The notes under the pieces were generated by a model. It made no database searches. It worked only from the letters and a program-made list of their open reading frames with translations, and was not told where the DNA came from. Source: the human T2T-CHM13v2.0 reference genome, Homo sapiens. From it: a stretch of 64,000 nt of DNA. The stretch lies in NCBI RefSeq assembly GCF_009914755.1, contig NC_060928.1; one strand, given 5' to 3'. Position numbers and translations under genes: made by a program. This document shows positions 1 through 19,828 of the stretch, in pieces; the stretch's first letter is position 1, and each line of letters begins with the position of its first letter.

Positions 1-412
1 CACCTTGTAGAGTAGTCATAATTTTCTGTTCTTCAATAAAGGGATGAAGCACGCACTGTGATTCTTAAGACACATCTTAGTGTATAAGAATCCAGATCTG
101 CCGTAGGGCATGCTATGACTCCTAATACATACAATCACTAGAACAAAAGTCTGTGATGGCCCAGTAAACTTCCCCACATGCCCTATGATCAAGATGTTCC
201 TTGTATGTGTTTGATGACCTTTGGTATTACCACTGCCTGATCTGGGTACTTCCTTGTAATTTGACTTTAAAAAAAATGACACCAATTGCAAAATTTGCAT
301 CCAGTTGACAAGACATTTAAGGTGTTTATCAGGATCATGCCCTGGCCCCAGCTTCCCAATACCAGCTGTTGAAAAGATTCTCTCTCATCTGGAGAGAACT
401 GGAGTGCACAGT
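1..412 (-). other. SEL1L3: SEL1L3 3' UTR, proximal part (continues beyond the left edge)
   Basis: Follows the TGA at 413-415 on the minus strand. No minus-strand AATAAA seen in 1-412. Confidence 0.85.
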
Positions 413-586
<174 letters not shown>

Positions 587-1749
587 TCAAAACAGTGCAT
601 TCAGAATGTACAACCACACCTAGAGACTCTGGCAAGCCAGGAGAGATGCATCTAGTCTAATGAACCTGACACTAACTAGCCAGGCAACTCTGGACCCGTT
701 ATCTAAGTTTAAGAAGATGCCACCACATGCTGACAATCTGATTTCTAAATAAAAACCCTTCAAGAGTTTCACCTCCAAGTGCCGATGCTCATTCCTAAGG
801 GGACATTCTAGGAAGTTTAAGAATGGGTCCCCAAACTTCTGGCTTTTCTGGATACATGCGGGAATTCTTCGGGCCCCTTCCAGTACCTACAGAAGAGGTC
901 GTGGATTCCAACACTCTTCTGAAAGAATAGGAGAGTGATGGGGAGGGGCAGGATGTTGTAGAATGATGTACCCTTTCTAAGGTCATTAAAGCCACTACTC
1001 TGGCAGGTGATCTAGTGATTAGAGCCCCAGTGATGAGGTACAAAGACCATTTTGCAGCAGTCAGGAGAACTGGGTTGGACAAGCCTCATTTATCTGCTGC
1101 TAACAAGGGACCTTGGGATAGGTACAGATGGCAGACATTTTGGTTGTAAAATGTTTGAGTCTCCCGGGCCTCGGTTTCATCACTTGTGAATTGAGAGTCT
1201 TGGATTAGATGATCTTGAAACCCACTTTGATCCTAAGATTTACCTTCCTGATGATCTCTGAGGAAGTTAATGAAGTACTAAGGCATGTATTTTCAAGCTC
1301 AGGGAAATGTTTAAATCACCATGGTAACAAGATAAATCAGCAATGAGTTTTCTGATTTAAAAAAAAAAAGTGCCAATGTGTAAATGTAGAAAGAATGCAT
1401 AATTAGCATTGCCACCATTTAAATCTTTGGTAAGAGCATAGTAAAAATGTTTGATGTTTCTACAGGAAGTTAGTCATTATCTGTGTGAGGACTCCCCTTC
1501 TTCCACTGGGGGGTTTGCAATCACTGCACAAGCCCCCCACAGCCCGGCCTAATTTTAAAGTGGCCTCTTTGTCTCTGCTCACCTGGAATGTGTGCTAATT
1601 TTATTATTGGACTAGAATCAAGGTAACCAGGACAATAAGCATGCTGTTTAAAAAATTACAGAGTATATTCCAGAGCCAAATAGGAGTGATTTGTGAATTA
1701 TTTGCTGCCTGGGGGACCATTTTCTGTACATTAGTGAGAAATATCACGA

Positions 1750-2378
1750 ACTGGCCCAAACTGCAGCCCATGGGCCAAACGTAGTCATTGCTTGTTTTTG
1801 TACGGCTCGTGGTTTAAAAAACAGTTTTTACAATTTTACACAGTTGAACAGAAAAAGAGTAATATTTCGCGACATGTGAAAAATATATGAAATTCAAATT
1901 TTGCATCCATAGTAAAGATTTATTAGAAACCCAGCCACAGGCCGGGCGCCGTGGCTCACGCCTGTAATCCCAGCACTTCGGGAGGCCCGGACGGCCGGAT
2001 AACCTGAGGTCAGGAGTTTGAGACCAGGCTGGCCAACATGGTGAAACCCTCTCTCTACTAAAAATACAAAAATTAGCCGGGCGTGGTGGCACGTGCCTGT
2101 AATCCCAGCTACTCGGAAGGCTAAAGCCGGAGAATTGCTTGAACCTGGGAGGCCGGAGGTTGTGGTGAGCTGAGATCTTGTCACTGCACACCAGCCTGGG
2201 CGACAGAGCGAGACTCCATCTCAAAAAAAAAAAAAAAAAAAAAGAAAGAAAAAAGAAACCCAGCCACAATGGCTGCTTTTCAGCTACCGGCTGAGTGGAG
2301 TAGTTGTGACCAAGACAGCCCCGAGGGCCCAAAATATTTATTATCTGGTCCTTTACAGAAAAAGTTTGCTGATCTCTG
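1750..2378. mobile_element. MER58-like hAT-Charlie MITE interrupted by an Alu
   Basis: Ends with ...tggtcctttacagaaaaagtttgctgatctctg, typical of MER58. Family assigned from recall. Confidence 0.65.
1940..2253 (+). mobile_element. Full-length AluS with 15-bp TSD agaaacccagccaca
   Basis: Dimeric Alu with poly(A). TSD at 1925-1939 and 2254-2268. Confidence 0.95.
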
Positions 2379-3614
2379 CTGTTAGGAAGAACATCTGCTT
2401 GCCGACTGACCAGATGGAAGCAAAAAAGAAAGAATACGTGGGACTATGTTGGATTCACATGTGAAATGAGAGAATGTTTGCACAAAGGAGGTATACAGGG
2501 GAAAACCCTAGAAATTGTATGCTATAAGTAAGATCATGCCTACTTCATCTGGGCCTCTGGATCTAGCAGGGACCAGATTTGTGTCACTGAAACACTCTTC
2601 AGGAGTGGAGATACTGGTAAGATGTCAAGCTAATGAGACAGGACAGAGTACAACCTCCTCATGAAATCTCTCTGACTATAAGGCTACTGCTTTCTTCATA
2701 AGCACTACTTTGTGACATTTTACTATAATTTTAGTAGAAACCTCATTAGCTGGAAATGTAGATGACAGGAAACAGCAGGAAAAGGTTTAATTAATCTTAT
2801 ACATATCACCATACTCTTTTTAAAAGAACATTAGGCTAACCACTTAGCTGGAAGGAATGAGTTGTCTTAAATTATAAATGTATTGAATAGGCTGACGTTG
2901 GTTTAAAACGTTACCTAGTTGTACCGAGGAGCTAGCAGTTCTGCAAATCTTGCTCTATATGGTGTATTCTATTGAGACATAAAGTTGACATGATACTAGT
3001 AAGACAGGGCTCTTTCTTTGAAATAGTGACTTCTATTTTCCACTTCTGTTCTTGCCTTTAGCTTCCTTCAGGCAGCTGACGGTCAGGCTCTGTGATTTTT
3101 TGGTCTCAGGGGAGGTTTGTGGCCAGGCAGAAGTGGAGATGGCTCCAGACATATACTTTGGGATTTTTTGTTTTTCAAAAGCCTGATCCATTAAGGCAAT
3201 TATGCTTGGTGTACCCTCCCAAAGAGTGGACAAGGAGAGTGCTTTTGAGATGCAACAGGTGAGGAAAGGAGCTTTTTGGAGTCCTTGGGTTGTACCCACA
3301 GTACCCTTGGGTGCCCCATCAGCAATCAGAAATGAAGACTTGGGAGAAGAAGGGCTAATGACGCTTGGCTTTGGCAAAGATGACGGAGTTCCCAGGTGAC
3401 CCAGAAGCTGCAAAGCTAATGGACCTAGGGGAACAGTGTAGGCCCAGGGTGATGTGTGTTCTGCTATCAGGCTGGTGACTATCTGAGTGACCCTAGGACC
3501 ACCCAGACCCAGGGACCTTTCCACCACCGTGGGAGGTATAAGCAGCAAGAAAGACTGAGCTGCCTGGTGGAATGCGAGCCAGGAGTCAAACACAAGTTCC
3601 CTTGAAGGAAAGAA

Positions 3615-3703
3615 TACATATATTTATATGTATTCTTTATATATATAAATAAATATATGTTCTTTATATATAAGTATATATTCTTTATATATATAAGTAT
3701 ATA
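3615..3703. repeat. TA-rich simple repeat
   Basis: Degenerate (TA)n with repeated ttctttatatata units. Confidence 0.85.
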
Positions 3704-3816
3704 TGATGAAGATCAAGACATTGACTAATCTATTGAAAGTATCAATTGAGCTATCTTGGTATTTTTTATTGATCAGTCAATGTTTTTGTTGAAATGCTTT
3801 AAAAAATAGTTGAATG

Positions 3817-4426
<610 letters not shown>

Positions 4427-4612
4427 GTTGAATGTTTTAGAAAGAGTCCTAACAGCAAAGAAAAACATACTAGGCTTTGGTCATTATGTCTGTTTCTGAG
4501 GTAAATCAAGCTATTTATGTGTGGGTATTACCTAGTGTCAGCATGCTTTAATTACAGGTCCAGTGCCCCAGAGGACATACTCCTTGAGAACTACCAGCTA
4601 ACATTTGTGGTT

Positions 4613-5050
<438 letters not shown>

Positions 5051-5689
5051 TAGCTACTGGCAGGGCCAGAATCTTAGCAGTGTGCCTCCCACACCGATGC
5101 TGTTAACCACCGTCCTGCGCGGCTAGCCTTCTGAATGCAGGACAATTTAATGTGGCAAATGCCATGATGTGTCAACTATATATCACAGAGCATATAAACT
5201 CAGGAGGAAAATGAAGGTAGTTGGAGCTGAACGCAAAATGGATGGACAGCTCAACTGCAAGTCTTGACTATAAATCATTAATTTTTAAATACAACTGACT
5301 GGAAAAAATGCAAATCACAAAATGACAAAGCTCTCTAACTTATAGCAACAATCCTCACCCAAAGCTGCTGACGGGAGGCTCCTAACTCTCAAATACATTT
5401 CCTCTTTTTTACAGTCAGTCAGCACCCAGAGTTCATTATTAAGTTTGTTTCACAACGCCATGGCTGCTACATGCACCCATCCCTGTCTTCCCCCAGCTGT
5501 GGGGCAGGTCTCAGGACCTTGTGCACCAGCTCACTGGGGAGACACCAAATGGTAGAAACTTGGTCTCTGAGCAGCATCGCCTTTGCAGCAGCTTCTCCTC
5601 ACCTCCTCCATGCCTCGATTTCCCTGCCCCATCATCCCATCAGCTTCACTGTACTGCTGGAGTAACTTCCTACTTAAAAATTATTGATA

Positions 5690-6785
<1,096 letters not shown>

Positions 6786-7059
6786 CTAGAATGTACTTAT
6801 TGAAATCAATATTATTTTATTACAATTAGTTTCTTTTTATTTCCCCTTTATATTGCTGTTAGGGCCCTATATTGATTTTTAAAAATGTGTGTAGATGGGT
6901 TAATTATCATGAATTTCATTTCAAGGTACTAAAAAATATGTTTCAAAATATTTCCTATGTGAGAGGCAATGGGTTTGAGGCAGATGACAATCACTGTTTT
7001 AAAGTATTGTGATGCTGAAAAGAAGTTCGAAATTCTGCTGCCCTACATCTATTCTTAAT

Positions 7060-7385
7060 CTTTTTTTTTAACTTCTACTTTTTTAGAGACTGGGTCTCAT
7101 TCTATTGCCCAGGCTGGAGTGCCATGGTGTGATCATAGCTCACTGCAGCCTTGAACTTCTGGGTGCAAAAAATTCTCCTGCCTCAGCCTCCCTAGTAGCC
7201 AGGACTGCAGGCATGTGCAATGACACCTGGCTAATTTTTATTTTATTTTATTTTATTTTATTTTATTTTAGAAATGGGGTCTCGCTATGTTGCCCAGGTT
7301 GGTCTCAAACCCCTGAGCTCAAGTGATCCTCCCTCCTGGGCCTGTCAAAATGTTGGAATTATAGCAGTAAGCCACTGCGTCTGGT
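7060..7385 (-). mobile_element. AluJ-like element
   Basis: Reverse Alu with AluJ-type cactgcagccttgaac segment. Confidence 0.88.
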
Positions 7386-8968
7386 CTCCTGGTCTTTATT
7401 TCTTTATTTGGGCAAGCTACTTCGCCTCTCTGCCTCAGTTTCCTCATCTGTAAAGTAAAGGGCATAGAATTAAATAATTTTTATGATTGATCCTATCCAG
7501 ACATAGCCTTCTTTAGGCTGGTCAAGCAGGAAGTAGGTATGTGCTGGAGAAAGCAATTGAAAAAGTTTGAGAAAATGACGAAAATGTATGAAAGAACTAT
7601 GGGGATATAGGAAGAGCAAAACATCACAGGACAGGAGAGACACGGAGACAAGAATGTGGAGAGACTGATAATGAAGGCATGGAGACAGAAAAAAGAGATG
7701 ACTTCTGATCAAAGCAATTCCACCCGCCCATGAATTTTCATGGCTACCAGCTGGCATAAAATCACAAAGACAAATTTCAGCTCCTCTAACGGAACTGCAT
7801 TTGTAATAATCATCACAATATTTCTACAGAGTAAAAATGACAAAGACAATTTGAAATGGAAAACACTGACAAGATGCAAAATAAATGACTATACCTGGCA
7901 ACAAATTTAAGGATGGGACAGAATTTGCATGAGTGAAGTTTATTAACCAGCAGACTATGGGGCATCAAGCCTGGAAGGTTTTGATGGGTCCTTGTTAACC
8001 TCCTCAGGTAAATCAGAGAGAAATGATTTCGCATTAGCTTCTTGCAACAGTGACTTCCTTCTCACCGTGGAAGAGACGCTGACGTGCACCCCTTTCACTT
8101 TCCATTATCTGCTACAGAAATAACAGCTACGCAAATGCTCCAATGCCATGTCCAGTCCTAATCTACCCATTTGTAAATGTCTCTGTTTGCCTTCATGAGT
8201 TATTATACCCTTTTGTAGCCGTCCGAGATGGTAAAAAATCAGTTTTCTTGTCTCTTGAGAGACCGGAGTCGTCTGTGGGTGTGAGTACCTACTATGCATG
8301 AGTTATCACAAATGACACGACTGGGGCCTTCCTCTTACTCAGCTTATGGTCTAATAGAGGAGTAAATGTAAGAGCTAACATTTATTGAGAAGGTTTTATA
8401 TGCCAGATAAATATAACAGCTAACGTTTAACTACAGCCGTCATTTTGGTAAGTATCTTACGTGCATTTTTTTTCACTTAATATTTTTTTCATTTTATGTT
8501 CCTAGGAAGTAGCTACTCTCATAACCTCATTGTATTGATGAGAAATTTGGGGATCAGGAAGGTTAAATAACTTGCCATGAGTCATACAGCTAATGAGTAG
8601 CCAAGCCTGGACTCTAAGCCCAAACAGAAGCAAGCAGGGCTCCCTTGTCCTTAACTATTCTATACTGGCTCAGAAAAATAACAATGATTAGTGGAAACCA
8701 TGCTCAGCTAAATGCCCACTTTACGATTCCTGCTCAGTCCCTCCCTCTGAGTCCGTGTGGCCGAGGATTTTTATTCATTACGAGTGTTTGTTTATCCTCT
8801 TACACATCTGATTGCTTGACTGAAATGAAAGGGAAGACTTCATGCTGCCAGGAGCTTTGGCGCTGTGTTTTCAGGCACACAGAGGCAGAATTCTGACAGA
8901 TAAATTTTCAATGGAAGAAATTGTATTAGGTCAGTTTCTTAAGCTTTTTAAAGAAAGTCCTTATTTTG

Positions 8969-9346
<378 letters not shown>

Positions 9347-9506
9347 CTAGAAGGATTCCCACCCTGTGAAGACCACCCTAGGGATAGGAGATAGCATGAC
9401 CAACAGCACCAGGAGGGAAAACACAATTTTTCCAGTAGACCAAAAAAAAAAAAAAAAAAAAAAATCCCTGCTTTTTTTTTTTTTAATATATTGCTTTCGC
9501 TTTTTA

Positions 9507-9599
<93 letters not shown>

Positions 9600-9602
9600 T
9601 CA

Positions 9603-9857
<255 letters not shown>

Positions 9858-10171
9858 CTACATTCTTCTGCTTTTGGACAAATGAGCACACTCAACTGAC
9901 AAAGATGAGAGACAAAGAAATAAAGCCAGTGGCCAAATAAGTGGTTTGGCCTGATCTGAAATTCTAGAATCCCAGTAGAAATTTTAGAAAAAGGTCAGTT
10001 TTGTGCTTAATTAAGAGTCAAGTCTGTTCTGCTGTGATGACAGCAAAAACTTAAAAATAAATAAAATAAAAGTCAAGCAAGACGCTGAAGAACAGGACCC
10101 ACTAGAACAGTATTTCTGTTTAAAGCACAGATGTAGGAATGCCTCATCTTTCAAAAAAGCATTGGCTATTT

Positions 10172-10483
<312 letters not shown>

Positions 10484-10639
10484 CTAATCGGATTGTTATT
10501 CTTTCCATTCTCGTGGAAATTTCTGGTCAGCCCTTGAACTTCTGATCAAGTACCTTCTATATCTTAAACTTCAGATATTAGAAAAGAGAAATACACTCGG
10601 GTCTGGCTGAATGTTTTCTAGTAGAAGAAAATCCTGGGC

Positions 10640-10795
10640 TTTTTCTTTCTTTTCTTTCTTTTTTTTTTTTTTCTTTTAGTAGAGATAAGGTTCTGCCAGG
10701 TTGGCCAGGCTGGTCTCGAACCCTTGACCTCAAGTGATCTGCCCGCCTCAGCCTCCCAAAGTGCTGGGATTACAAGTATGAGCCACGGTGCCCTG
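10640..10795 (-). mobile_element. Alu left monomer (FLAM-like)
   Basis: T-tract followed by the reverse left arm only. Confidence 0.85.
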
Positions 10796-10923
10796 CTTTT
10801 TGTTTTTGTTTTTTAAATAACAATTTACATTACAATATAAGGGTAAAGCTAACTTTAACCAAGAAGCGAACATCATCTACTTGGGTTCCCTCAGATTCCA
10901 CAGTTCTAGAGGCTCTGAGCTCA

Positions 10924-11052
<129 letters not shown>

Positions 11053-11904
11053 CTAAAAACAAGCCACAAACCAAACTCATCAAATCCTTGAAATAAAACC
11101 TAGACACACACTCTTCATCAGAATGTAAATGTTTACAACCTCTAAAATTTTTTTTAAGTCTCTAGAGCCAGATGGTTTTGTCATCTTCACTGATGAATTG
11201 TTTCCCTAAATATATGCATCTGAGAAATTTATTTGCGGAGAACCAAGAGGCTTTCAGAAGCTGCTGTGTCCCATCTGCTCCGAAGCCAGTCAACCGGGAG
11301 ATCCGTCCTTTCTCGCTCACTCTCTCAGAATAGAACTTACTGGAAAACGTGCCCTTGTATCATAAACGAAACAAGAATACTGAGTCGAATACCATGTCCA
11401 TTGCCTACAGACTATGCCCTCAGTTGCCATAGCCCTGTTGGAAATCTGACAAAATATTTCTGTGGCTAGGGCGGCTTCCAATGACTGACAACCCAAGGCG
11501 GTGCCTCCCTTGCACGGGATCACCTAAGGGCACTCATCTCAACTTTCCTAGGCTGGTGCAGAAACCTCTTCTCATGACTCCTCTTGGCACAGATTCCCAC
11601 TATGGTATATTTTCCTACCTCTTCCTCTGACACCTTGTTCTTGATCCTTAGAGGTAAGACCTGTCTTATTGGGCTGTACGGATCCAATAAAATAAACACA
11701 GTTAGAGGGCCCGACCAAAGACATGCTTCATAAAGGATGGGTACTATTACACTGCCTGGAGAATGCGCACCCTCCATCACGAGCCGAGCAGGTGGCCAGA
11801 TTAAGAAACAAGCAATAAACGATGTGGTACTTACCATTAGAACTTGACCAATTAAACTGGATTGTTGCCATTGAAAGAACTCAGGATCATGTTTTTTGTG
11901 TTTT

Positions 11905-12620
11905 GTTTTTAACTTCTGTTTCAACTTTAGGGGTACATGTACAGGTTTGTCATACAGATTATTTTGTTACGTGTTATGGGGGTTTGTTGTACATATTATT
12001 TTGTCACCCAGGTACTAAGCCTAGTACATATTTGCTATTTTTCGTGATCCTCTCCCTCCTTCCAACCTCCACCCTTAGGTGTAGTGTCTGTTGTTCCCTT
12101 CTATGTGCCCATGTGTTCTCATCATTTAGCTCCCACTAAGCGAGAATATGTGGTGTTTGGTTTTCTGCTCCTGCATAGTTTGCTATGGATAATGGCTTCC
12201 AGCTCCATCCATGTTCCTGCAAACGACATGATGTCATTCTTTTTTATGGCTGCATAGTATTCCATGGTGTATATGTACCATGTTTTCTTTAACCAGTCTA
12301 CCATTGATGGGCATTTGGGTTGATTCTATGTCTTTGGTATTGTGAATCATGCTGCAATGAACATACATGTGCATGTGTCTTCATAACAGAACGATTTATA
12401 TTCCTTTGGGTATATACCCAGTAATGAGATTGCTGGGTCTTGAGGAATTGCTACACTGCTTTCCACAATGGTTGAACTAATTTATACTCCCACCAACAGT
12501 GCATAAGTGTTATTTCTCTTTGCAACCTCACCGGCACCTGTTCTTTTTTGACTTTTTAATAATAACCATTCTGACTGGTGTGAGATGGTGCCTCACTGTG
12601 GTTTTGATTTGTGCTTCCCT
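11905..12620 (-). mobile_element. Primate L1 (L1PA/PB) 3' end, 5'-truncated
   Basis: ORF2 C-terminal remnant WYIYTMEYYAAIKKNDIMSFAGTWMELEAII (12122-12304) plus L1 3' UTR. Confidence 0.93.
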
Positions 12621-12769
12621 TATGACACGATCACATCTAATGGCTTATATCTTCCCTCTGACCTTGCCTCTGACCGCAATCTAAATGAAAATCATCATTT
12701 ACCAGGTTGCATACTCCAGGACTTTCACAACCATCGTATGTCGCAATCATGATAAAAATACCAGCAGCT

Positions 12770-13005
12770 CACGTTTTGAGTGCTTGCCATATGCGAGGCA
12801 TTGTTCTGCTTTTTATATTTATTCATTTAATCCTCATAACAACAAATCGATATAGGTAGTCTTATCCTCCCTGTTTTATAGATGAGGAAACCGAGGCACA
12901 GAGTGGTTAAACAACTTGCCCAAGGTTACACAGCTGGAAAGTGGCAGAGCTGGAGCGTCAAACACAAGAGGACAGGGTGCAGAGTCTCAAATCTTAAACT
13001 CCACC
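12770..13005 (-). mobile_element. MIR
   Basis: Core tttatagatgaggaaaccgaggcacagagtggttaaacaacttgcccaagg. Confidence 0.85.
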
Positions 13006-13169
13006 ATGGTGCCAAGAATAACCTCTAAATAGATGAAGCGTTAAGTATCTTTAAGATGCACACACACACTCACACAACAGCAGAAAATAGACTATTTCTG
13101 CACTCTTTGAAAGGAAGGCACTCTTAAAATTTGAGATATTAAGAGAAAAGAAAAAAATGGCTTTATGAT

Positions 13170-13440
13170 TTTTTGTTTTGTTTTGTTGAGTGCAATGGTG
13201 TGATCTCGGCTCAGTGCATCGTCCGCCTCCTGGGTTCAAGTGATTCTCCTGCCTCAGCCTCCTGAGTAGCTGGGATTACAAGTGCCCACAGCCACGCATG
13301 GCTAATTTTTGTATTTTCAGTAGAGACGAGGTTTCTCCATGTCAGCCAGGCTGGTCTCGACCTTCTGACCTCAGTTAATCCGCCCACCTTGGCCTCCCAA
13401 AGCGCTGGCACTACAGGGTTGAGCCACCGCGCCCAGCCAG
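13170..13440 (-). mobile_element. Alu
   Basis: Reverse Alu consensus. Confidence 0.9.
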
Positions 13441-13924
13441 CTTTATGAAATTTTAAAGTCTCTAATCAATGGAATAATACCAAGATTAAAATAAGTGGGA
13501 AAATAGAGTAGGGGAATAGTCGTATGCAATGTAATAGCTTAAGGTTCCTTATCTGCTAGATAAATATATAAAGAACTAATTATGGTTTAAATTTTCAAAA
13601 GTGTCAAAATTCCAACAGATAAATAGGCAAAGAATAAGAATACAGAATTTACAAAAAAGAAAATGTAAAAAGTAAATTATCACAAGCTAGTATATGTAAA
13701 AGTGTCCATCATCACTAGTAATTAAGTAAATGCAAGTTAAAAACAGTAAGAAAGTATCAACATATCATTATTCAATTAGCAAAATTAAATCATGAAAGCA
13801 TCCACTTGCTGGAAAGATTTCAGTCATCCTTCTCTACTTAAACACTGATCGGTGAGGTATTAAATGGAAAGCCCTTTCAGAAAGCAAAATGGCAGCATGC
13901 TATCATGTAGTCATAAAACCATTT

Positions 13925-14244
<320 letters not shown>

Positions 14245-14681
14245 TAGACTGTCTGACTCAATAATACTATTTCTCAGATTATAAGGAAAGTATTCAAACT
14301 AAGAGAAAATATGGAAATATAAAAATATTCATTGTAGCACTAGCTGTAATTCCAACACAAGAGGAAACCACCTCCAAGTCTTCCTTGGTAGACTATAAAT
14401 CCCATATAGGCAAGAGTATGATCTATCTTTTTATCTTATGTCCCCACCACTAATCACTGTCTAAGACATGGTAGGACTCTATAGATAAATATGTGTCAAA
14501 TCAATAAATAAGTTAGTAAACAAAAGGATAAGCATCCACCAATAAGGTAAAGCTTAAGAAATTATAATGTATCAGCTCAACAGAATATGGGGCAGCTATT
14601 AGGGTTAATAATTAGAGACTATGTAATAAAATGCACACAATCCTACAATAAATGATAAGACAGATTTTAAAAGTGACCGGT

Positions 14682-15095
<414 letters not shown>

Positions 15096-15549
15096 TTATT
15101 TTTCTTGAAAAAATTATCCTTTATTGTTTTTGTAACATTGGCTTCCCAAACAGTAAAAATAAAAATTGAAAAAAAAAAAAATCCAGGCCCAATTTTAAGT
15201 GACAGGAAATATGACCTAAGGGAGTTTATTTCTATAGCAAATGCCTTTAGCAGTAACTCCTTCTTTTCAGAAGAAATGATAACAGAATAGATCATGTCCA
15301 CTGAGTGTACTTGGCACTGGGCTTAGAGCTTTACACTGAACATCTCATTTAATCCTCACGATCTATGAGGCAGATGCTCTTATTACCCCCATTTACATTT
15401 ACACATGCACAAATAGAGATTCAGAGATTTAGTGACTCGCCATGAACAAAGAGCTATGGAGTGAGAGAGATGTGGGATTTTAACCCAGGTACATGACCAC
15501 TGCGATGTTGTACCTCCATTAAAAAAATAAAATAAAAATAGAAAAGATT

Positions 15550-15855
15550 GGCTGGACACAGTGACTCATGCCTGTAATCCCAGCACCTTGGGAGGCCAAG
15601 GTGGGCAGATCACTTGAGCCCAGGAATTCAAGCCCAGCCTGGGCAACATGGCAAAACCCCATCTCTACAAAAAATACAAAAATTAGCCAGACATGCACTT
15701 GTATTTCCAGCTACTTAGGAGGCTGAGGTAGGAGGATCGCTTGAGCCTGGGGGACCAAGGCTGCAGTGAGCTGAGTGTGCCACTGCATTTCAGCCTGGGT
15801 TACAGAGTGAAACCCTGTCTCAAAAAACCCCACAAAACAGCAACAACAAAAAAAT
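15550..15855 (+). mobile_element. AluJ-like element
   Basis: Dimeric Alu with J-type diagnostics. Confidence 0.88.
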
Positions 15856-16089
15856 CCCACCAAAGATTGATACAGGGATAAGTTTCCAATTTTTGCTCAG
15901 TGGTCAGACTGTAAAGCACAACACCAGAAATACGTTGCAGCAGAGGGTAACAACTATCCAAACCTCCATCATGAAAATGATTCTGAGGTTCTCAAAAGAG
16001 GATTCCAAGTAGCAAATGTAGAAGGAATAAGGGAAATTGAGAATCATCGTTAGAACAGCATGGTAATAATCATAATAGGCAAAATTCTT

Positions 16090-16525
16090 GCCCAAAATGT
16101 ATAACCTCAATCTATTCAAGAGAAAACAGAAGACAGACCCAAATCAACAGACATTCTACAAGGTACCTAACAAGCATTCTTCAAGTATCAAGAGTCATGA
16201 AGATGAGAAAAGACTGAGGAACTGTCATAGATTGGAGAAGATTGGAAAGAAATATACAACTCAATCTAATGTGGGATCCTGGATTGAATCCTGGAACAGA
16301 AGAAGGATATTAGTGGAAAAACTGGTGAAATCTACATGAAGTCTGAAGTGTAGTTAATAATACTGTCCCAACATTAATATCTTAGTTTGACAATGGCATT
16401 GCAGTTATGTCAGATGTGAACATTAGGGGAAGCTGAATGAAGGGTATACAGAAACTCTCACCTCTTTTTGCAACTTTTCTACAAATCTAACATTATTTTC
16501 AAATAAGAAGTTTCCAAAAAAAATC
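16090..16525 (+). mobile_element. Old L1M (L1MC/ME-like) 3' fragment
   Basis: ggatcctggattgaatcctggaacag...gcaacttttctacaaatctaa motifs. Confidence 0.7.
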
Positions 16526-16989
16526 ACTGAGGGAAAAACTCTGTCGCTTAAGCAAAGCCCAACAGTACAAGCAAAACACTTCCTACTGTGGATGCACTGC
16601 TAATTTCTTGAGTTTCTACCTGGTGAGTGAGTTTGATGTAATTTGGTAGAAACACCCTTCTGTTTGGAGCCAAAGATCCAGGTTTAGGAGCTGGGCATTT
16701 TGCTTACCATTTGATTATTTGGTCTTGAACAGTTCATTATCTTTGATTATAAATAGGGTATAATAATCCGCACCCCCACAGGATTATGTGAGAATGGCGT
16801 GGGGGACACAGTAGGTGTTTAATAAAGGCTCACCCTTATTGTTAGTGTCCTCATAGAGTTGTTTGAGGGGCATGTGAAAATGGATGAACAATGGCTTTGT
16901 AAACTGTGTAGTGTATACACACTGAAAGGACGGTTAGGAAGAATTCTGGTTTTGCAAATTCACAAATGGATGTCACCAAGAGCTGAGTT

Positions 16990-17462
<473 letters not shown>

Positions 17463-17614
17463 TTATACCAACATTTTAAATTATTGGCGCATTCACATGA
17501 ATGCAAGTTTTTCCTATTAGTATCTGAATACAGAACATCTTTATGTTTCCCTGATGTGTCAAGAGAGAAACAAGCAAAAAGGCTTTTTGCCCAGAGCATC
17601 CCTATTTCTAGACA

Positions 17615-17920
17615 TATTTTTTTTCTTTTTTTTCTAAATTTTTTGCGATAGGGTCTCCGCTGCCTAGGCTGGAATACAGCGGTGAGATCAGGGCTCACTG
17701 CAGCCTTGACTTCCTGGGCTCAAGTGATCCTTCCACCTCAGCCTCCCATGTAGCTGGGATTACAGGAGTGTGCCACCACGCCCGGCTAATTTTTGTATTT
17801 TTTATAGAGACGGGGTTTCACCATGTTGTCCTGGCTGCTCTCGAACTCCTGGACTCAAGCAATCCTCCCACCTCAGCCTCCCAAGGTGCTGGGATTACAG
17901 GTGTGAGCCACCGTGCCTGG
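17615..17920 (-). mobile_element. AluJ-like element
   Basis: Reverse Alu consensus. Confidence 0.9.
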
Positions 17921-18140
17921 ACTCTAGACAGTTTCTTATTTGGCCAGGTAGCTCTCCTGAATAGCTAAATCTCAGTCTACAACCTTGCTGCCCAAATCAG
18001 CCAAGGTTGTTTTGGGTGTTTTACTTCACATCTGAAATTTTGCTGTTCATCTTTGATGTCTGTTTTTGGTAACTCTTTGCTTTAGCCATGTATTTTATTT
18101 TTCCTCTGAAGAAAAACTTGTGTTTAAGAGTATATGTATC

Positions 18141-18945
<805 letters not shown>

Positions 18946-18971
18946 TAATAGCGTTCTCTTTTACATTTTCA

Positions 18972-19290
<319 letters not shown>

Positions 19291-19482
19291 AAATGTTGGG
19301 TCCAAGCACTCCACGGGACAATGGGTGAGGAGTAGTGCATTGTGTGAGGCTGAGAGCAGAGTTTAGCGATCTTAATAGCAGAGATTTTTCACTTTCTTTT
19401 CTAATTATTTAGAAATACCTCACTTCACACAAAGCTGTCAGATGTTCCCTGTTACTAAAGATTAAAAACACCTAATGCTTCA

Positions 19483-19828
<346 letters not shown>

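Noticed and set aside
35-40. AATAAA near the left edge
   Set aside because: It is on the + strand, opposite to SEL1L3 transcription.
1814-2332. Alu-derived ORFs, here and at about 40 other places (e.g. 22223-22804)
   Set aside because: Translations such as LSPRLECSG and PASASQVAG are standard Alu reading frames.
3033-3593. 186-aa minus-strand ORF
   Set aside because: Non-ATG start, no recognisable domain, and not needed to complete the SEL1L3 frame.
11825-11840. Strong minus-strand donor ATG|gtaagt
   Set aside because: No credible acceptor with a pyrimidine tract upstream, where the sequence is an A-rich L1 tail.
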